From assembly GCA_934229625.1 (NCBI GenBank), contig CAKQDU010000001.1:83078-147077 (forward strand): a stretch of DNA of 64,000 nucleotides. Direction: 5' to 3'. Every line of letters starts with the position of its first letter. Within the stretch, counting starts at the first letter, position 1. This DNA is from an uncultured Alphaproteobacteria bacterium (GTDB lineage: Bacteria; Pseudomonadota; Alphaproteobacteria; RF32; CAG-239). Made by a program: the position numbers and the translations under genes. The notes beneath the pieces were generated by a model. It was not told the DNA's origin, did not search any database, and saw nothing but the letters and a program-made list of their open reading frames with translations. Below are positions 59,026 through 64,000 of the stretch, in pieces.

Positions 59026-59730
59026 TCACAACGGAAAACGGATAGTTATACAGCATACTCCTGAAGCATCGCAATGTTCACAGGCCGATTTTATTTGAGC
59101 CAAAGTAGCATTGCTTAAACACATACGCCCGTTTGAGCAATAAGCATCGCCATAAAATGTTATATCGCCTTTAGTTGAATTAAAAGTGTTTATTGAATAA
59201 ACAGCGGAATGCAGTGGCGTCATAATATTGTTAAACATCTCAACGCAAAGCTTCGATGAAAAGTTTGCGGATATCTTGCTGTCTGCGGTTTCTTGCCAGC
59301 CGCCTAAATAAAAATCCAGAAGCAAAACATTGCCGCCGCTATAAGACTGCACAATATTGCCGCTGTTATCCCACATTGCCTTATTATCTTCGGCTGTCCA
59401 GCTGGACGGAACAATATTTGTGGCGCGGGCAAAGTCTGTGAAATTAAATTTTCCCATACCGACCGGAACACTTTTTAAATCATCTATATGCTCCAGCAGA
59501 CCATATATAAGATAGCTATATTCGCTGATAGTTTTATTAAGTTTGAACTTTTCCATCGCTTTGGAGTAGCCGGCAATGCCTCCGACCGAAAGAACTCCGA
59601 CAATAGCAAGCACGCCCAGCATTTCTATCATTGACCGACCGGCTGAACAAATGTCATTGCGAGCAACGCGAAGCAATCCAGAACCCTCGCCCCTGCTCTG
59701 TTCTCTTAAAAATTCTATACTCTTAAACAT
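59026..59730 (-). CDS. type IVb-like prepilin paralog P5 (31-aa leader)
   Basis: GAGGAGGA SD before the Met at 59730. Leader and first ~85 residues nearly identical to P2. C-terminal FYGDAYCSNGRMC...CEHCDASGVCCITIRFPL. Confidence 0.7.
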   Translation of the reverse strand: MFKSIEFLREQSRGEGSGLLRVARNDICSAGRSMIEMLGVLAIVGVLSVGGIAGYSKAMEKFKLNKTISEYSYLIYGLLEHIDDLKSVPVGMGKFNFTDFARATNIVPSSWTAEDNKAMWDNSGNIVQSYSGGNVLLLDFYLGGWQETADSKISANFSSKLCVEMFNNIMTPLHSAVYSINTFNSTKGDITFYGDAYCSNGRMCLSNATLAQIKSACEHCDASGVCCITIRFPL

Positions 59731-59745
59731 CTTGTTCCTCCTCAA

Positions 59746-59923
59746 TTGTGTAAAAAAAACGACCGTTATTTTTACACACTCAGAATAAGACGCTGATAAT
59801 TCTTACAAAACCACAAAAAACATCGCAAATATAAAAAGTTATTGCAAATTCCGGCAACCTTTGCTAGACTACAAAAAACAGCCTAAAAACTGTCCATTTT
59901 AAACGGTCGTTTTTTTTACACAC
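59746..59923 (-). repeat. second copy of the 178-bp inverted-repeat-bounded upstream element (reverse complement of 13503-13680)
   Basis: Base-by-base comparison. One substitution noted. Confidence 0.8.
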
Positions 59924-60084
59924 TTTTCATTCAAATCTCCGCCAAAATCAAGAATTAAAAGACCAATATTTTGACACTATATATTTTATAGGTTGAAAAT
60001 ATTGATAAAACTCTTGCATTAAGCAATTTTTAGTCTATGCTGAGAATAATTTATAAAAAATTATATTAAAGGATTGCTATAATA

Positions 60085-61524
60085 ATGAAAAACAGAACCA
60101 GATTTGCGCCAAGTCCTACCGGCTACATGCATATCGGCAACTTGCGTACAGCTTTATATGAATATTTGATTGCCAAGTCTGCGGACGGCGATTTTATTCT
60201 ACGCATTGAAGACACCGACCAAAAACGCTATGTTGAAGGTGCTACTGATATTATATTTAAAACCCTGAAACGCGTTGGCATGAATTGGGATGAAGGTCCG
60301 GATATCGGCGGCGAATTTGGTCCATATATACAATCAGAACGCCGCGGAATTTATCAGGAATATGCCCATAAATTAGTTGAGCTTAGGGGCGCGCATTATT
60401 GTTTCTGCGCTCAAAAAGAAGAAAACGAAGATGTTGATGAAGACACTCCTGAAGCTCATATAAAATTCAAAGACCCTTGCTTGAAAATTTCTTTAGAAGA
60501 AGCTAAAAAACGTGTTGCCGCCGGTGAGCCTTATACCATCCGCCAAACCATAAATAAAAAAGGGACTTCCATTTTTCATGACGTGGTTTATGGCGATATT
60601 GAAATTGATTATGACGAGCTTGACGAAGGAGTGTTGCTAAAATCTGACGGATTGCCTACCTATAATTTTGCCAATGTGGTGGATGACCATTTGATGCAGA
60701 TAACTCATGTTGTGCGCGGTAATGAATATATTTCTTCCACCCCTAAATATAACTTGATTTACGAGGCTTTCGGCTGGACACCGCCGATTTATGTGCATGT
60801 TCCGCCGGTTATGAAAGACGCTCAGCACAAATTAAGCAAACGCAACGGCGACGCCTCTTTCCAAGATTTGGTGGCTAAAGGCTATTTGCCGGAAGCTATT
60901 TTGAACTATATCGCCCTACTCGGCTGGAATCCAGGAACAGAACAAGAAATCTTTTCTTTAGAAGAGCTTAAACAATGTTTTTCAAGTGAAAGATTAAATA
61001 AATCTCCTGCTATTTTTGATATTACTAAACTTACATGGATGAATGGTTGCTATATCCGCAATCTTTCAGCCGAGGATTTTCATAGGCTGGCTTTGCCATA
61101 TTATAAAGATTTAGAAAATAAAAATATAGATTTATTCTTTTTAAGCAAAGTGTTACAGCCGCGTATTGAAGTTTTAAATCAGATTACAGAACAAACAGAT
61201 TTCTTAGCAAAAATGCCGGAATATGATGTGTCTTTGTATGAAAATAAAAAAATGAAAACTAATTCGGAAATTGCCGCTAAAGCTTTGCAAATTGTTTTGC
61301 CGATTTTGGAAAATGTTACAGATTGGACTAACGAAAATTTGTTTAACACCCTAAAAGAAACGGCCGTTGCCAATGAAATGAAAAACGGACAAATTCTTTA
61401 TCCGGTGCGCATTGCCCTTTCCGGCAAAGAAACCACACCTGGCGGTGCAACCGAATTAGCTCATGTTTTGGGAAAAGCCGAAACTTTACTGAGAATTTCC
61501 GAAGCTATTAAAAAACTGTCTTAA
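60085..61524 (+). CDS. gltX: glutamate--tRNA ligase
   Basis: TRFAPSPTGYMHIGNLRTAL (HIGH) and KLSKRNG (KMSKS), 479 aa. Confidence 0.9.
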   Translation: MKNRTRFAPSPTGYMHIGNLRTALYEYLIAKSADGDFILRIEDTDQKRYVEGATDIIFKTLKRVGMNWDEGPDIGGEFGPYIQSERRGIYQEYAHKLVELRGAHYCFCAQKEENEDVDEDTPEAHIKFKDPCLKISLEEAKKRVAAGEPYTIRQTINKKGTSIFHDVVYGDIEIDYDELDEGVLLKSDGLPTYNFANVVDDHLMQITHVVRGNEYISSTPKYNLIYEAFGWTPPIYVHVPPVMKDAQHKLSKRNGDASFQDLVAKGYLPEAILNYIALLGWNPGTEQEIFSLEELKQCFSSERLNKSPAIFDITKLTWMNGCYIRNLSAEDFHRLALPYYKDLENKNIDLFFLSKVLQPRIEVLNQITEQTDFLAKMPEYDVSLYENKKMKTNSEIAAKALQIVLPILENVTDWTNENLFNTLKETAVANEMKNGQILYPVRIALSGKETTPGGATELAHVLGKAETLLRISEAIKKLS

Positions 61525-61549
61525 ACACATACCTATAAGGAGTTAAATT

Positions 61550-62365
61550 ATGCCCGATTTGCATATGAAAAAATCTACGAACCGAGTAAAACATTATAGC
61601 TGGTTTGGCTATCTTATTTGCATTCTCGGAGTATCATTCTATTTCTTCCCCGAATATCCTTTACGCTTGTTCTTTCAGCAAACTATCGGCAAAGAAGATA
61701 ACGAAAAGTTGACAATAAACAAAACTGAAAACTTTAACGTTGCAGACAAAAAAATCATTGAGTTAAAAAGGAATAAAAAGAATTATAAGCTTATTCCTCA
61801 TGCGCAATATTCAATCACAGCCAAAGTCGGATACGCTCATCCCTATGATGATATTGTTAAAAACACTATAGACAAGCTTTTAAAAAAGAAGAACAAAGAC
61901 GTCAAAGATACTAATTTAACAACAGCAAACCTGTTTTTATTATGGGGGGAAATGGCAAAATCAGACGTGTTCTCTTTATTTAACTATAAGCACAAGTCCG
62001 GAACAGGTTATTTGCTTTGCAAAGGCGTATCATATGAGAAATCATTTGCTGCTTCTTTTGCAACTCAGGCTTCCAAAAAAGAGCAAGAAAAATATAATCT
62101 TTGTAATGCCTATTCTTTAACAGGTACTTTCAATAATTATCGCATCATACCTGCCAACGAGCGTATAAACAAAGCCGTACACACTCTGATGAAAGGCGAT
62201 ATTATTCATATTGAGGGATATTTGGTAGACGTGCCTCAGCTTGAAATAACAACTGCTTATAAAGCAAATAAAAAGAATAATGGACTGTTAGAGGGAGCAA
62301 ACCTCAATCAGCATTATTACTTGTATACGACTAAAATCATCAGCGATGGTTTTATATACAAATAA
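61550..62365 (+). CDS. hypothetical membrane-anchored protein, tandem paralog 1
   Basis: 271 aa, N-terminal TM. Collinear similarity with 62397-63206 (PEYPxR, SxxAKxGY, GYxxCKGVxYxxSF, NNYxxIPANExxNK, IxIEGYLVxV, YTTKII). RBS AGGAG. Confidence 0.5.
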   Translation: MPDLHMKKSTNRVKHYSWFGYLICILGVSFYFFPEYPLRLFFQQTIGKEDNEKLTINKTENFNVADKKIIELKRNKKNYKLIPHAQYSITAKVGYAHPYDDIVKNTIDKLLKKKNKDVKDTNLTTANLFLLWGEMAKSDVFSLFNYKHKSGTGYLLCKGVSYEKSFAASFATQASKKEQEKYNLCNAYSLTGTFNNYRIIPANERINKAVHTLMKGDIIHIEGYLVDVPQLEITTAYKANKKNNGLLEGANLNQHYYLYTTKIISDGFIYK

Positions 62366-62396
62366 AAATTAGGCTCTGAGCCTGCTGGAGCAAACC

Positions 62397-63206
62397 ATGC
62401 CCGATATTTACTCAATACGCTATTTTAAGAATAGACGTCAAAAAAGTAAGACTTATATTGTATGTATTGTGCTTGGTTTGCTTATGTTTTTATATCCTGA
62501 ATATCCAAAGCGTATGTTTTATCCGTTTTTATTCGGACAAAAGACAAATGAAAAATTAGAGATTTCTCAAGATGCTTATTACGAAGATTTGAATACTGCT
62601 CCGATTACGTTTGTCCGCAATAATATAAAATACATCTTATATCCGCAAACAAAATACAGCGTATCCGCCAAAATCGGATACGTTGACTCTTATGACACGA
62701 TTCTAAACAAAATCTACCGCGGTCACAGCCAAAGCGATTACATAAACTTAGCGCCTATTGATTTATTTATGATTTACGGCGATATGGCAAAACCAGAAAT
62801 CTATAAATTGTTTGAATTTGACCACGAAGAACGAACTGGTTATATCAAATGTAAAGGCGTAAAATACAAGGAATCCTTTTTCTCATTTTACCTTTCTGAC
62901 TCTGAACGTGAAAAAAGTGAAAGAAATTTGGCAGTCTGCAATCCGCATATAAACGAAAATCAATTCAATAACTATCACCCTATTCCGGCCAATGAAAATG
63001 TTAACAAGGGTCTGCATACACTGCTTGCCGGAGATACAATTTATATAGAAGGCTATCTTGTAAATGTAAAAGCGCCAAATTTCACTTTAGCCACAGGTAC
63101 GCGCACCAATCAACATCACCCTTTTGTGATGAACGGAGAAAACCCTGGAATGTGTTTTATTATCTACACCACTAAAATTATTGTTAACGGTTACGTCTAT
63201 CAATAA
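62397..63206 (+). CDS. hypothetical membrane-anchored protein, tandem paralog 2
   Basis: 269 aa, same architecture as 61550-62365. Confidence 0.5.
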   Translation: MPDIYSIRYFKNRRQKSKTYIVCIVLGLLMFLYPEYPKRMFYPFLFGQKTNEKLEISQDAYYEDLNTAPITFVRNNIKYILYPQTKYSVSAKIGYVDSYDTILNKIYRGHSQSDYINLAPIDLFMIYGDMAKPEIYKLFEFDHEERTGYIKCKGVKYKESFFSFYLSDSEREKSERNLAVCNPHINENQFNNYHPIPANENVNKGLHTLLAGDTIYIEGYLVNVKAPNFTLATGTRTNQHHPFVMNGENPGMCFIIYTTKIIVNGYVYQ

Positions 63207-63218
63207 AAGGAGAATTTC

Positions 63219-63824
63219 ATGAAAATAATCTCAGTTTTCTTGATTATATTATTATTAAGCCATCCGGCATTTGCTAAAAAATGGAATTGGGTGCCGCGCC
63301 GAACTCAAAACAACATTATGGAAACTCAAACCTCATCGGAGTCTTTTTCTGACAGCTCAGAAAAAAAAGTTTCTGAGGAAGAAAACACTGAAGAAGAAAT
63401 AAATAGTCTGATTTTTTTCAGCAAAGAAGAATTTAACAAAGCCGACATCAACAACGATGGTAAAATCAGCGAAGATGAATTTCTATTGTTTCAGGAACAA
63501 GACTTCGGCAAAATTGCTGCTAAAAATTTTATAGAATTTGACCTTAATAAAGATAAAAAAATAAGCCGGGAGGAAATTTATACTCACCTCAAACAAAATG
63601 AAGATTTTTCTGAAGATGAACAATCTGTTACTAAAAACTTTATTGACGCGGATATTGACGGCGATGATTTTTTGGACGAAAATGAATTTAAGCACTATCA
63701 GCAAACATCGCTTTTAAGCAACAATAAAGCTATTTTCAGACTATTTGACGCCGACGGAGACGGGGTTATAACCTATGAAGATGTGGAACAAATTTTGAAA
63801 ACTTTTCAAAGTCTTACGGATTAA
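63219..63824 (+). CDS. secreted EF-hand calcium-binding protein
   Basis: Signal peptide. Four DxDxDG-type loops (DINNDGKISEDEF, DLNKDKKISREE, DIDGDDFLDENEF, DADGDGVITYEDV). RBS AAGGAG. Confidence 0.65.
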   Translation: MKIISVFLIILLLSHPAFAKKWNWVPRRTQNNIMETQTSSESFSDSSEKKVSEEENTEEEINSLIFFSKEEFNKADINNDGKISEDEFLLFQEQDFGKIAAKNFIEFDLNKDKKISREEIYTHLKQNEDFSEDEQSVTKNFIDADIDGDDFLDENEFKHYQQTSLLSNNKAIFRLFDADGDGVITYEDVEQILKTFQSLTD

Positions 63825-64000
63825 CCAAGTTCCAAAGCCTGATAGCAGCGCTCTGATAGTGACATTTCATCTAAAACCAACTGATTTAATTCTGCCACTT
63901 TTTCATCTTCTATATTCAAAAATTTACTTACTTTGATAACAAAATCTATCTCGCTATCGTCCAAATCTTCATCTGAATTTGCAACGGTCAGCAATTCTTT
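63821..64000 (-). CDS. 3' end of a gene continuing beyond the window (acidic helical C-terminus)
   Basis: Open frame on the minus strand from the window edge to TAA at 63821-63823. Translation ...VANSDEDLDDSEIDFVIKVSKFLNIEDEKVAELNQLVLDEMSLSERCYQALELG. Confidence 0.35.
   Translation of the reverse strand, partial: KELLTVANSDEDLDDSEIDFVIKVSKFLNIEDEKVAELNQLVLDEMSLSERCYQALELG

Noticed and set aside
1-64000. CRISPR arrays, tRNA and rRNA genes
   Set aside because: No arrays of regularly spaced direct repeats and no GTTCRANYC T-loop-bearing cloverleaf candidates were found in any intergenic region. Intergenic repeats are terminator and promoter cassettes instead.
1-64000. Assignment to Legionellales (because of pagP, type IVb-like pilins, EF-hand and TPR eukaryote-like proteins)
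   Set aside because: Dna[18 protein letters not shown] and Par[21 protein letters not shown] motifs, together with gatCAB plus non-discriminating gltX, fit alphaproteobacteria better. This rests on remembered motifs only and is left unresolved.

Overview
This is an AT-rich Gram-negative chromosomal window. Signature motifs in DnaK and ParC, the gatCAB plus gltX pair and the reduced operons suggest an alphaproteobacterium of the Rickettsiales/Holosporales type. That placement is tentative, because pagP and the type IVb-like pilins also occur in Legionella-like gammaproteobacteria. The housekeeping backbone is: recJ, a DUF502 gene, pagP, kdsA, recO, parC, a Y-family polymerase, dnaK, a MATE efflux pump, def-nusB-nrdR-murF, a UvrD-family helicase, a MoxR-DUF58-TPR operon, a YejEF-like ABC transporter, gatCAB, sppA, plsC, ftsEX, dnaG, rnhA, an M16 peptidase, elbB and gltX. 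No tRNA, rRNA or CRISPR array was found. Two accessory themes stand out.

(1) Five paralogous type IVb-like prepilin genes are scattered between housekeeping genes at 9761-10396, 13696-14424, 37472-38119, 54341-55063 and 59026-59730. All carry the GRSMIEMLGVLAI prepilin motif and a conserved five-cysteine C-terminal motif. Three have unusually long leader peptides. Two share a near-identical 178-bp upstream element bounded by 22-bp inverted repeats. One sits inside a roughly 560-bp direct duplication of the parC 3' end, which left a parC pseudogene fragment.

(2) Between 23250 and 27200 lies an island of small membrane and coiled-coil proteins. It contains two paralog pairs in swapped order (A-B ... 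B'-A'). Each gene is delimited by a recurring terminator hairpin, a TTGACA-N17-TAAACT promoter and a conserved leader cassette. The same cassette recurs at 879-930, and a variant precedes the gene at 16569.

Other notable items: an [FeFe]-hydrogenase-like gene with a non-canonical L3 motif; two candidate terminator/antiterminator leader RNAs (upstream of one pilin gene and upstream of the MATE pump); an AlbA_2-rnhA operon; tandem paralogs followed by a secreted EF-hand protein; and a (TC)7 microsatellite inside a small ORF with a strong RBS.
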